This document shows positions 12,778 through 25,424 of a stretch of 64,000 nucleotides of DNA, one piece after another. The notes below the pieces were generated by a model. That model had not been told where the DNA came from, ran no database searches, and saw only the letters and a program-made list of their open reading frames with translations. Made by a program: the position numbers and the translations under genes. Location of the stretch: positions 64,170,001 through 64,234,000 of the forward strand of contig OX597818.1 in assembly GCA_951406725.2 (NCBI GenBank), read 5' to 3'. This DNA is from Octopus vulgaris (taxonomy: Eukaryota). Position 1 is the first letter of the stretch. Each line of letters starts with the position of its first letter.

Positions 12778-13166
12778 TGCATTTTTCCAGCGTTACTTCC
12801 TTATTTGACTCTGTTGACCACCTTTATTTTGAGTGCCTTATAAGGACAGATTTTGATTGGTACGCAAAGCAATAATTAAATGATTCTATATCACAGTATT
12901 AGAATGCAAATTCCAGATGCGATAAACACCTACGATTCTTATAAAATGAATACGGCATATGAATATCAATATGAAGATACAATCTTCATTTAAGAGTGTG
13001 TATGATGTTGTGATAAGCGAAATTCAAATAAATTAAACTTAATTATACGTTCTAATTTTACAGCGCATTTATGACTAACCGCTCATTATCTCAGACTTCA
13101 TCATTGCATCTCATTCTGTCTCCGTTCTATATATAGCTTCCTATCTATCTATCTATCTATCTATCC

Positions 13167-13200
<34 letters not shown>

Positions 13201-13225
13201 TTATATACCTACGTATCTGTTTGTC

Positions 13226-13702
13226 TCTCAATTGTTGATATTATAATTCCCTTCTCTCTGTTTTTTGCTACGGTACTTACCGTTAAAATATGTTTACTAG
13301 ATAACTCACGTGGGTGGAAGGGGAAGGAACTTGAATCTTCGCTTGTACATTTTGAATTTGCTAGTACTGGCAGTTTTGAAGATGTTTGTCTGAAGTGATA
13401 CATCGCTGGACGGGTATGTTCATTATTTTTAGTGCTTTCAAATCCAGAATTAAGAAATGTTGAGCTGACGAAAGAAATGCTGAGTTTTATTTCGGCTAAT
13501 TTAGAAACGTTGACGTTCTCAAATGACCTTTGAACTTGTGATATTTTACTGTTTTTACCTCCATATCTTCGTGAGTTGTCTTTGAGTAAACATTATCTGA
13601 GAGAAGTTTTCTTAAAGTAGTGGAAATGGCTAAAAACTTTTTGGCTGCTATTTCTAGAAAGTTCAGTATGTGGCAAAGTAATTTATTTTACTAAGCCCTA
13701 AT

Positions 13703-13706
<4 letters not shown>
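13226..13706 (+). mobile_element. Hammerhead-bearing non-coding module, a diverged relative of the 30-kb element (Penelope pseudo-LTR/retrozyme-like)
   Basis: Colinear with 30400-30872 (ctcaattgttga.attataatt, ggtgga.gggg, tcttcgcttg, gggtatgttc, caaatcca, ttgagctga.ga, gctgctatttcta, ggcaaagtaatt.attttactaagccct). Flanked by (TATC)n and (TA)n. Confidence 0.75.
13460..13522 (+). ncRNA. Putative type I hammerhead ribozyme
   Basis: Stem I TTGAG/CTCAA; core CTGACGA (13465-13471); stem II aaat-gctgag...ttcggc-t-aattt; GAAA (13504-13507); stem III ACGT-tg-ACGT; cleavage triplet GTT. Confidence 0.7.
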
Positions 13707-13754
<48 letters not shown>

Positions 13755-14182
13755 CTGTTTGTCTACATGTCTCTCCCTCTTTCTCTATACATAATGAAAT
13801 AGATACGTAATTAAATACATATATACAAATACACAGACACACACGCACAAGCCCAAACACACACACACACACAATGAGACCCACGCGTATGAAGCATGAT
13901 GCGCGTGACCCTTCACGCGGGAGCGAGTATGATTTCAGGGAGTTGACAAGTTCAAAGAATCCTAAAAATTGCATTGTACATTTTTTTAACTTTCAGAAGC
14001 TGAGAACAATGTGAAGGTGTTAATTAAATATGATCTTCCTTTTCCTGTAAAACATCTTCCAAAGCTTCTTCTACCATTTATTCAGTAAATATTTTTTTCA
14101 TATGAAAACTTACCCTGTTTTTGCAGTAAAACCTTTCTCTATAAAAGCATTATCATTTCAAGACTTAACTATTGTCGTACGT

Positions 14183-14303
14183 ATTGTACCTGTATTTCAA
14201 AGGACCAGCCTTGTCACACTCTGTGTCACGCTGAATATCCCCGAGAACTACGTTAAGAGTACTCGTGTCTGTGGAGTGCTCAGCCACTTGCGCGTTAATT
14301 TCA
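14183..14303 (+). mobile_element. Internal fragment of SINE family A
   Basis: ttgtacctgtatttcaaaggaccagccttgtcacactctgtgtcacgctgaatatccccgagaactacgttaag...gttaatttcac matches 3508-3628. Confidence 0.85.
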
Positions 14304-14473
14304 CAGATATACAAATCCATATGAAAATCTTAGAGACTTATATATCCATATAATTCTTGTACACAGACAGTATATACACACACATGATATATACTCACAC
14401 AATATAATATAATGTATACACGCACACACATAATACCTGCACACAGACGAGATATATATATATATATATATAT

Positions 14474-14704
14474 ATTTCTTTACTACCCACAAGGGGCTAA
14501 ACACAGAGGGGACAAACAATCAAAGACAAACGGATTAAGTCGATTACATCGACACCAGCGCGTAACTGGTACTTAATTTATTAACCCCGAAAGGATGAAA
14601 GGCAAAGTTGACCTTGGCGGAATTTGAACTCAGAACGTAACGACAGACGAAATACGGCTACGCAGTTCACCCGGCGTGCTACCGTTTCTGCCAGATCACC
14701 GCCC
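14474..14704 (-). mobile_element. SINE family C monomer
   Basis: Reverse complement of the family C consensus. The tail ends in a (TA)n tract. Confidence 0.88.
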
Positions 14705-16047
14705 TATATATATATACACACACGCAACGCGCGTAAATACCCTCAACACATATAGACAATGATAACTTACGCCCACAAATATAGTCTATACACATATGTA
14801 CTATTTGATCACAAGCACGCACAAATATATATACACATGCACACACCACAGGATAAAGCACACTCCAACTGCTATACACATACGATAGTCACACACGCAC
14901 AAACACACACAAACACACGTTAGCCCCACTCATATACAAGCTCATACGAATACTCAAACACAGAAACAGTTTCATAAACCCATACTTCTCCGGATATACC
15001 TACTCACTTGCCCCCATTCATACACCATTCCCACATACACACACACGCTACTATTCCATAGTTTTTCTTCTAATCTTTCACCGGTTTCACAGTTTACACT
15101 GATTTATTTGCTAATAGAAAAACGTGCCTTATGTCGCATCTGTCTTGATACAAACAAGCTTTTGAAGTTTGTTCTGTTTTTATAGGCTGTTCATGGTTTA
15201 AATTAGTATATTTTGAATAGGTAGAGGATAGTCACATGACTGGTTCCCGGCTACGTCCGTGTGTTAGTATCAGGTGACAACGTTTGGCGTCGTAAGTTAA
15301 GGCTGATACAGTTGACTGAACAAGTACAAACAATCAATGTTCTAAATGTTTTCTGTGAAACTTTTGCTGAGAATAATCTCATGATTAAGTTTATAACCGT
15401 CTGTTTTTTTCCCGCTACATTCTTGCGTTGGAGTCACGTAACGGTATATTTTGCGCCTAAAAAGAGGACCGACATGGTTGAGTGAACATATTTAGTTATA
15501 ATCAAGGCACGCCAAGTTTAATCTGTCCGCTGGGAGAGCAGACACGTGCCGTTCGTATGTAGTCGTTTGTGGACAGGAGTGATTTTTATGCAGTCGTTTG
15601 TAAGCACTTAATATTGCATTAACTTCCGTTTGTGTATTTGGAAGGGAATAACATGATTTATATAAAGACTTACAGCACGACTATTACTTCATCTGACTTC
15701 AAATCTTGGCATCGAAACAATATATTACATAATCGAATAAAGCTTCATTAATATATATCATTCCCAAGTAGGTTGCCACTCTAATCGATAAGAAAATGAG
15801 TAAAGGCGAAACGTTACGTATTTGGACACAGATTTTAAATCAGAAAAGATAACACAAAAATAGTTTGATCAATGCGTTAGAATTTCTACTAATCTACTTC
15901 CAAAGGACGTAATGAGGCAGAACATTACTTCGGAAGACGAAGTGCTAATATGGATGACTATTTATGATTTCCATCATCTGAAATACGTGAGGACAAAATA
16001 AAGATTATACAAGTAAATATCTGAGACACATTTCAAAATATATTATC

Positions 16048-16222
16048 AGGCGCCGCAGGAGTGGCTGCGTAGTAGGTAGCTTGCTAACCAACCACATGGT
16101 TCCGGGTTCAGTCCCACTGCGTGGCACCTTGGGCAAGTGTCTTCTGCTATAGCCCCGGGCCAACCAATGCCTTGTGAGTGGATTTGGTAGACGGAAACTG
16201 AAAGAAGCCTGTCGTTTATATG

Positions 16223-16292
<70 letters not shown>

Positions 16293-16518
16293 GTGTGTGT
16301 GTGTTTGTGTGTCTTTGTTTGTCCCACTAGCATTGCTTGACAACCGATGCTGGTGTCTTTATGTCCCCGTTACTTAGCGGTTCGGGAAAAAGAGCCCGAT
16401 AGAATAAGAACTGTGCTTACAAAAGAATAAGTCCCGGGGTCGAGTTGCTCGATTAAAGGCGGTGCTCCAGCATGGCCGCAGTCAAAAGACTGAAACAAGT
16501 AAAAGAGTAAAGAGTAAA
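16048..16518 (+). mobile_element. SINE family B, full length, with an expanded internal (TA)n
   Basis: Same head, body and tail as 6808. The internal microsatellite spans about 16216-16310. Confidence 0.92.
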
Positions 16519-17724
16519 GGGTAAGAGAGATTAAAGATGAAATATTTCACGCCATGTTTCTTTATTTCAGTGTGTGTATGGGTGCTGCTATTTTTCTTGC
16601 TTGCGCACACACCTATGTACCTCTCTGTTTGTGTGTATCGGTGTATATTAATTGTGAGATTTTCCAGCAATGATTGGGAACTCATATCACAAATTAATCT
16701 ACTCTCAGATCGATACCGATAGATGTGAAACTAGTTCAAATGACAAGAAACTTTTTTTCCTTTTTATTATTTATATTTCTAGAGAATGACTCAAGAAATC
16801 TATCTCAACGAGCTTCTTCAGAGAGAGAGAGAGAAAGGAGGAGGAGGAGGAGGAGGAGGAGGATGTGGAGGAGGAGGAGGAGGAGGAGGAGGAGGATATG
16901 AAGAAATGTCATGTTGTTTTATGCAGTAACGCAAGTGTTAAAAGGTAGTTTTAAATCTAATTTTTATTTGGTGAGAGAAGGAAGTTGATCACACTCCTAC
17001 GTTCGTTTTACGTGCCTATAACTTTACATTAAAGGAAATACATATCTGTTTTTATATTAGTAAATGTTTCAAATGTAATTCAATATAGTGCAACATATAA
17101 ACGTGCACTTCATATAACGATTCACGGAACGGTCAAATAAATGTAGTAACTCAATAATGTGTGCATATGTGTTTGTGCAACTTGGCTTCGGAAATTATAT
17201 CACATATAAGCATTTTCCGTAGTCACGTGTATTTCATCTAAGCATTTTGTCAGTTAAAGACGATCGATTAACCTTCAAAGGGTGATGAATTTAGATACGC
17301 CTGAGAAAGCAGAAACGGATTTGTTTTAATGAGATCGCCATAAACTGACATTTAAGGAATTTTAAAAGGCCATATGTTTTTGCGCTTTTAATCTAATTTT
17401 CCCGTTCTGGGTATTCACAATATAACTAAATAGAGAGAGAGCTTTCAGTATATTCGACTATATTACTTTAGCTTAAATGAAGTCTACATTAGTCACGCGA
17501 TGTAAAGAATGTGGAACTCGTGGCATTGCAGTTTCGATAGTAAAGTTTGAATCGCTTACACGTTGAAAGGTATTATCAACTAAAATATCTACCTCAAAGT
17601 TTTTTGACGAATCCGTTTCATGTGTTTAGATATAGGTAAATATGTTATCCAGTTGCTTATAGAAAACGATTCGAGATCGGAATTGTATATGCGATGTTTT
17701 CAAGAAAGAAAAAGTACACAACAC

Positions 17725-18245
17725 ACAATTTCAGGACTTGTGTCTATAATAGAAAGGATTATTATTATTATTGTTGTTGTTGTTGTTGTTGGGGCGGTGA
17801 GCTGGTAGAATCGTTAGCACGCTTGACGAAATGCTTACCGGTATTTCACCAGTCGCTACGATCTGAGTTCAAATTTCACCGAGGTCGATTTTTTCTTTCA
17901 TCCTTTCGAGGTCGATAAATTATGTACCAGTAAAACAGTAGGATCAATATATAATCCACCCATCCCCACCACTGAAATTCCAGGCCTTGTGACTATAACA
18001 GAAAGGATTATTATCATTGTTTTTTATCTTTCTTTTGTGTGAGCTGGCAGAATTGTTATTTGGCCGGACGAAATGCTTAGCGACATTTCGTCTGGCACTA
18101 CGTTATCGTTCCAATTCAACCGATGTCGACTTTGCCTTTCATCCTTTCAGGGTCCATAAATTAAGCACCAATTGCGAACTAGGGTCTACATTATCGGATA
18201 ATCCCATACCCCAACATTTCACGCCTTATACTTATATCAGAAAGG

Positions 18246-18304
<59 letters not shown>

Positions 18305-18308
18305 TAAA

Positions 18309-18367
<59 letters not shown>

Positions 18368-18858
18368 CATTATTATTATTATCATTATTATTATTGTTAT
18401 TATTATTATTATTATCGTTGTCGTTGTTGTTGTTGTTGTTATGGAGGCGAGCTGGCAGAATCGTTAGCAAGCTGGATGAAATGCTTAGCCGTATTTCGTC
18501 TGCCGTTACGTTCTGAGTTCAAATTCAGCCGAAGTCGACTTTGCTATTCGTCCTTTCGGGGTCGTTTAAATAAGTACCAGTTGCGCACTGGGGTCGATGT
18601 AATCGACTTAATCCGTTTGTCTGTGATTGTTTGTCCCCTCTGTGTGTAGCCCCTTGTGGGCAGTAAAGAAATAGGTATTTCGCCAGTCGCTACATTTTGA
18701 GTTCCAATTTCCCCGAGATTGACTTTGCCTTTCATCCTTTGGGGGTCGATAAAATAAGTATATCATCAACTGGTCCATTACCCTTAAATTTAAGGCCTTC
18801 TGCCTTCAGTAGAAATGATTATTATTGTTATCTTTGTTATTGTTGTTATTATTATCGT
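17725..18858 (+). mobile_element. Head-to-tail cluster of family C SINEs separated by (ATT)n/(GTT)n tails
   Basis: Tail fragment 17725-17790, then units at about 17792-18015, 18040-18250 and 18444-18820 (dimer). Units end in ..gcctt.tg.ct.ta..agaaaggattattatt. Long (ATT)n at 18246-18415. Confidence 0.85.
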
Positions 18859-19571
18859 TGTTGCAATGTTACACGTCAAACTAAATTTTCTTCGTTCAGT
18901 GCTTAGACAGATTCCCTTCATTACTGATGTAAGAACTCTGAAAGAAATGGAACGTCATCAGCTACACAAAATGTGTATATATGTTACGACAACTTGCATA
19001 CAAACACACACACATATATATATATATATATACACACACTTGCATATACATAAATCATACATATACATACACGTGCAAAAGCAAACACACACATATATAT
19101 ATAGCGTTGTAGTGCGCTCGGTTTACTTTATAAAGAAAGTTCAGTCACCTCTCTTTCATACCAAAAGAGGTCAAAAGTTGGTGTACTTGAGTCATCGTTG
19201 AATCAAGTGTCAATTATGGGAAACAATTTCCGTGTCGTTTGAAGAATGCCATCCATATCAGTGCATTAGATTATTGCATGCATTAAGATGTAAAGTCTGA
19301 GGAGAAAGCGAGAGAATCTCTAAACTTTGTTCGTCCCTGCTAGCCCTGAAGGAACTGCGGGAACACCAAAAGAGCTCCGTAATGTTCCTCACTTCCTGGC
19401 AAAAATTACCTTGGGAGCAATTTTCCAGGATCATTATGACACTTTAAATTCCTTGGTCATGTTCAATTGTCATTATGTACTTGTATAAGGTGAACAAGGA
19501 AAATTTAATTACGATAATGTTCGTTCTGATATTTCTTTCCTATTTGTGAGAGATCTAAGCATCATGTTACT

Positions 19572-19839
19572 CTCTCAAAATTCTTTGCCATCTTATTTTT
19601 CACTTACGCTTAAATATATACTAGAGAAACATTATAGAGTTGCAAATACTCCGATTAGCTGTACTGCGCTTTCGTTCAATTGACTTAGAAAAATTGAAGG
19701 ACCGCCTCTCAAAATTCTTTGCCATCTTATTCTTCACTTACGCTTAAATATACGCTAGAGAAGCATTATAGAGTTGCAAATACTCCGTTTAGCTGTACTG
19801 CGCTTTCGTTCAAATGACTTAGAAAAATTGAAGGACCGC
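19572..19839. repeat. Tandem duplication, 2 x 134 bp
   Basis: ctctcaaaattctttgccatc...gaaggaccgc occurs at 19572 and again at 19706 with a few substitutions. Confidence 0.95.
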
Positions 19840-20261
19840 AGCAATGAGTGTTTGAATATAAAAGGAAATTATATTCAAGAACAAATCATAATTAAATGAT
19901 ACTTCTTTATATTATTTTGCCAAAACATAAATCTCTTCAGCACCATTTCGTACACTATTGGCAAATGTAAGTGTCATGTTGTTCATAAATTGAGGAAACG
20001 CAGATTCTTCCAAATAGATTTTCTAAGAGACACGACGATACTTTCTACTTTCGTTACGTTCAAGAATAATTCATTTTCATCGGAGACTAATGCATCGCAG
20101 TCAAGGTGAATGATAAAATGTTGCTTATAGAACAAAGGAACCCTTAAACACACCCATTCGATTGTAAAACGAATCCTCTGAATGCATGAAATGATAATAT
20201 TGGATTCAAAATCTCACTTCTTCTTAGAATTACACGAGTGTACGCATGCAAATGCATGCGA

Positions 20262-20337
<76 letters not shown>

Positions 20338-20339
<2 letters not shown>

Positions 20340-20528
20340 CGTGTATATCGTTGGCAATTTTTTCTCCGTCTTCCCTTCCTTGGACTTTTCCTTTTGTCAT
20401 ATTTCTGACGAAGAGCTGCGCTCGAAACGTTAAATCTTCCTTCTTTCTTCTCTTTCCTGAGAGTCCAATAACACTATATTTGTTCCACGTCCTCGCATTG
20501 TTGTGTTTTCTCTTTGTTCATGTTTGGC

Positions 20529-20530
<2 letters not shown>
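20338..20530 (+). mobile_element. Penelope-like terminal fragment with a minimal hammerhead, between (TA)n and (TATC)n
   Basis: ATTT-CTGACGA-agagc-tgc-gctc-GAA-ACGT-T-AAAT at 20401-20435, followed by a pyrimidine-rich tail. Confidence 0.7.
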
Positions 20531-20598
<68 letters not shown>

Positions 20599-20607
20599 AT
20601 ATCTATA

Positions 20608-20714
<107 letters not shown>

Positions 20715-22410
20715 CCAAGGGAAAGATAAAGTCCGATACGGATTGATACCTGGGACGTAGCATCTTTTTTTCAACAGCTGAAAGCAATGAAGCAACGTGA
20801 AAGGAAAATGTCTGTCACAAAGTGTTTTTCTCATAGCATAAACCCGTCGTTGTAATCAGTATGCCATGCGCATTAAGATACACGTAGATATATAGATAAC
20901 CAAAAATCAAATGCACGCGCACACACACACACACACACACGGACACACACATAAAAATGCGTACACTTGTATGTATAAAGTTATGCCTTGTAGAATAGGT
21001 TCGGGAGTTGATTTTAAGATTACATTGATATACATTTTGATAAAATTATGTGACTTTATCAAGTGCTTTATTTGTTATATTTCAAACGCCATTTTAAATG
21101 TTACAATATTTTACCCAGTGTAATAAATAGTTACGTTTATCTAAGTAAATGCAGTTAAAATATCCTATTAGAGTAATCATACATAGTGTGCCATCTTGAT
21201 TTTAACAAGCAGCTGTGTTGAAATTCGATAATGTTATCGGTATCTCTCATTTATCAGAAACCTCATTGATTTATATATGCTTAAGGTGAAATTAATTACG
21301 TAGAAACAAAATGATTAAACATCCAGCACTATTTGTGTAAGAAATTAATTTTTGTTTTTTGTTTTATTAGTTCGTGATTGATGTCTTTTTAAGTGATAAA
21401 TGTAAGCAAATTGTTCAGTTTGATAGCAGGTCAACAACCAGATTAATAGGTGGCTTTATATATTTATTTGATATGCTGGTATGATTCATGAAAACATCTA
21501 ACCGATTTCCGTAATACACTTCTTCGTAATAAAACCTATACGTATCATGAGCAGTAGTCTTGCCTGAGTTGAGGGGAACGATTTAATGAAATATTTGACG
21601 AAATCTGATATATATGGTACCTCATTTTTGCCCATAATTCAAACAATGGAAATATATGAAGTATATAACGAGTATTACAAAACTACAGTCTGTTTAAATT
21701 CTTAATCCAGATTTCGGGCGGGTCTTCTGCATCTCAAACTCTTTTCTTTACCTCCAGAACATCTGTCTATACAGATATAATTGGCAATGATTCCTCAATA
21801 GAATTGTACTTCATTTTTGAAATTCCGATGAAGGTAAATGGCGATGCACAAACACTGAACAATTAATTATTAATCCAGATTTTTTCATAATTAGATATTG
21901 ATATAATTTTCCTGGGTATAATATAAATCCTAATATTGTAATCATTTCTATACAAAATGCTTCATCTCCAAGTAAAAAAAACAGCAACAACAGTATTTCC
22001 AAATATAATAAATACGATTATGTTGTAAAGGGAATGTGTTGTATATGAGGCTTATTTCTGAGATTAGAGCATCAAGCTTCTTAGCAGATATTTTGAGGCT
22101 GTTGGGAATTAAATAATTACATCTATTTCAAATAAATCTGGGAAAGTGAGGAATGTAGTACATTGAAACCCATGAATTAATCTAGAAGTAAGAACTAATA
22201 CAGTTCCTTAGTCAGAATGCTGCAAAATGAGTGAAAGAGTGAAGCAAAACTATGGTCATCACGATCATACCACTATACGATTTTTGATAACTAGATGGTA
22301 AAAAACCACCAATACGATACTTGACTCAACAATGAATAAACTACAGTGATGAAATAAAAAAAGATATTGCGGCAGATTTCCGGCAATTCAAAATCGTTTT
22401 ATTTTGTTTT

Positions 22411-23240
22411 TTAGTTAGTTAGGTAATTTTTTGGCTCAAAAAGCAAACAGCAAGGCCATGTAGGGGGACATAGAGTTATGTACAGGGTGGTGTTCATGTA
22501 AAGAGTTCAGGCCACTTGAGGTCAAGGGAGATTTTGAAAGGTCGTCCGTATCTTCACCATCTCGTCTAGCAGCTTATTCCACGGATCCGCAACCCGGACG
22601 GAGAAAGCCCCTCTCCTTCGATTGAGATGAAATCGTTTCAGATAGAGCTTTTCGGAATGACCCCGCAGCCGACCCTCTGGAGCAGGAGTGAAGAACAGCT
22701 CTTTCGAGAGGTTACACTTTCCGTTTATGATGTTGTGAGCAAGAATGAGATCACCACGGCGTTGTCGTTTTTCTAGAGAATAAAGGTCGAGCGTCTTCAG
22801 CCTTTCTTCATAAGACAAATTCTTGAGACCAAGAACCATGCAGGTAGCCAGCATCTGGACTCTTTCGAGATGCTGTATGCCTTTGAGGAGATAAGGAGAA
22901 GAGGCTTAAATCCCGTACTCCAATATGGGTCTCACCAGCGTGACATAGAGCGGTAGGAATATGGTTGCTGTGAGCATTCCGAATGACTGTCGAATCAAGA
23001 ACAGAACTCCGCGTGCTTTGTTGGCAGCGTGGACGCACTGAGCAGTAGGCGAAAAGGAGAAATCCACCAAGATACCCAGGTCCTTTACCTGATCGGTCCT
23101 CTCCAGCAGCAGACGACCCGGCTCGAAATCAAGTTGAGTTGCAGGAGGAGAGCCAACAGGCAGATGACAGCACTTTGACACGTTCAGACACAGGTCCCAT
23201 TCGTTAGACCATCTCCAAATTTGTTGGAGGCATCGATGCA
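22411..23240 (-). mobile_element. 5'-truncated CR1-clade LINE (C-terminal part of RT ORF2 plus 3' UTR)
   Basis: WSNEWDLCLNVSKC, VKDLGILVD, AANKARGVL, LYVTLVRPILEYG, LSYEERLKTLDLYSLEKRQRRGDLI, RGHSEKL, FSVRVADPWNKL. Short (TAAC)n tail at about 22411-22425. Frameshifts and stops present. Confidence 0.93.
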
Positions 23241-23369
23241 TGAATATTCATTTCTCAGACATGAGTAAACCAGAAATGTCCAACGACTTTCTCGAAATTA
23301 ATATCCATCTTGCCAGGGACATGATATTACAATTTCTAATATACTTTGGTAATGGTAGATAAAGCACAA

Positions 23370-23784
23370 AGGCGGCGAGCTGGCAGAAACGTTAGCACGC
23401 CGGGCGAAATTCGTAGCCGTATTTCGTCTGTCGTTACGTCCTGAGTTCAAATTCCGCCGAGGTCGATTTTGCCTTTCATCCTTTCGGAGTCGATAAATTA
23501 AGTACTAGTTACACTCTGGGGTCGATATAATCGACTTAATCCGTTTGCCTGTCCTTGTTTGTCATCTCTGTGTTTATCCCATTGTGAGTAGTAAAGAAAT
23601 AGGTATTTCGTTTGCCGCTACGTTCTGAGTTCAAATTCCGCCGAGGTCGACTTTGCCTTTCATCCTTTCGGAGTCAATAAATTAAGTACTAGTTACGCTC
23701 TGGGGTCGATATAATCGACTTAATCCGTTGCCTGTCCTTGTTTGTCCTCCCTGTGTTTAGCCCCTTGGGGGTAGTAAAGAAATA
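23370..23784 (+). mobile_element. SINE family C dimer within one TSD pair
   Basis: Full unit plus a head-truncated unit joined at gaaatag|gtatttcg. TSD ggtag(a/g)taaagcacaa (23354-23369, 23785-23800). Confidence 0.92.
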
Positions 23785-24234
23785 GGTAGGTAAAGCACAA
23801 CCATGCAGGACTGGTAGGTTCTAATGAAAACTGGCCTCTGACATGTCTTTACTCCAAAAAAATATAGAATGTTGTTTCAAGGCAGTAATAGTCTAAAAAC
23901 AAAAGAATCAGTTCATTTTATGCACGGAGGTACGTGTATGTGTCGGCCCCTTGCATCTCGTCCTTCTCCGGGACAAAAAAAGCGGTTTATTTTCAAAGGG
24001 CAAATATATAATCTATTAAGATATTATATCTAAATATTGCATCAAAATAATTCTTGAAATATTTCTGAAAATATAAATTAAAATCAACTCAATTTTTGTC
24101 TTAGTTAGACAACAGTGAAAGTGTTCTTGTTTATAAAAGACGTACAGAACTTCCCAGAAGATCAAGATACGAAATGAAAGGGTGGGGGGCTTAAGCAATG
24201 CGTGCATACAGATTTTAGTATAGGCATCAGGATA

Positions 24235-24445
24235 TACTCTTTACTCTTTTACTTATTTCAGTCATTTGACTGCGGCCATGCTGGGGCACCGCCTTTGGTC
24301 GAGCAAATCGACCCAAGGACTTATTCTTTGTATGCCTAGTACTTATTATATCGGTCTCTTTTTGCCGAACCGCTAAGTGACGGGGCCATAAACCCACCAG
24401 CATCGGTCGTCAAGCAATGCTAGGGGGACAAACACAGACACACAA

Positions 24446-24480
<35 letters not shown>

Positions 24481-24652
24481 CATATATACGACGGGCTTCT
24501 TTCAGTTTCCGTCTACCAAATCCACTCACAAGGCATTGGTCGGCCCGGGGCTATAGTAGAAGACACTTGCCCAAGATGCCACGCAGTGGGACTGAACCCT
24601 GAACCATGTGGTTGGTTAACAAGCTACTTACCACACAGCCACTCCTACGCCT
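24235..24652 (-). mobile_element. SINE family B, full length
   Basis: Reverse complement of the 6808 consensus. Confidence 0.92.
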
Positions 24653-25005
24653 ATCTTTCATAAATTTCCAAACGAAATTTATATCCAAAAGAAATAATAA
24701 TTGAACTGACAAAAAATAAAGTAAATTTTCGAGGAAATAGGTTCGTATAACTAGCTGAACGAATAGAAGCATGAAAAGATAGAGGAACCGGAAATAGCAT
24801 CCTTTCAATAAATTAATCAATCAAATACTTTGGTGGACTCACATTTCGAAATATTGACTTTTTAAACAGATTTAAAAAATAGAAAATATGGCTTTCGTAA
24901 GAAATGAAAAGATCGAAGAGAATAGTCGATTACATGATCTTCTCTGTCCCTTTATTTTATCGGATACGTAACGATTAAAGGTACAATTAACCTTGGTGTG
25001 TTTAT

Positions 25006-25424
25006 AAGGCGGCGAGCTGGCAGAAACGTTAGCGCGCCGGGCGAAATACTTAGCGGTATTTCGTCTGTCGCTATGTTCTGAGTTTAAATTCCACCGAGGA
25101 CGACTTTGCCTTTCATCCTTTCGGGGTCGATTAATTAAGTACCAGTTACGCACTGGGGTCGATGTAATCGATATAATACCTATGTCTGTCCTTGTTTGTC
25201 TCCTCTGTGTTTAGCCCCTTGTGGGTAGTAAAGAAATAGGTATTTCGTCTGTCGTTACGTTCTGAGTTGAAAACCCGTCGATGTCGACTTTGCCTTTCAT
25301 CCTTTCGGGGTCGATTAAATAAAGCACCAGTTTCTCTCTGGGGTCGATGTAATCGACTTAATCCCTTTATCTGTCCTTGTTCTTCCCCTATATATTCAAC
25401 CTCTAGTGGGCAGTAAAGAAATAT
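25006..25424 (+). mobile_element. SINE family C dimer
   Basis: Same junction gaaatag|gtatttcg. Approximate TSD attaac(c/g)ttg(g/a)tgtgttt. Confidence 0.9.

Noticed and set aside
13627-13695. Short frame MAKNFLAAISRKFSMWQSNLFY* that is similar in the 30-kb copy
   Set aside because: Too short, the ATG is absent in the other copy, and RNA hairpin conservation explains the similarity. A vestigial PLE ORF start cannot be excluded.
18191-18470. Poly-Asn, poly-Ile and poly-Tyr ORFs
   Set aside because: They translate the (ATT)n SINE tail.
19291-19330. CTGAGGA hammerhead-like start
   Set aside because: No correctly placed GAAA, stem III or cleavage triplet.
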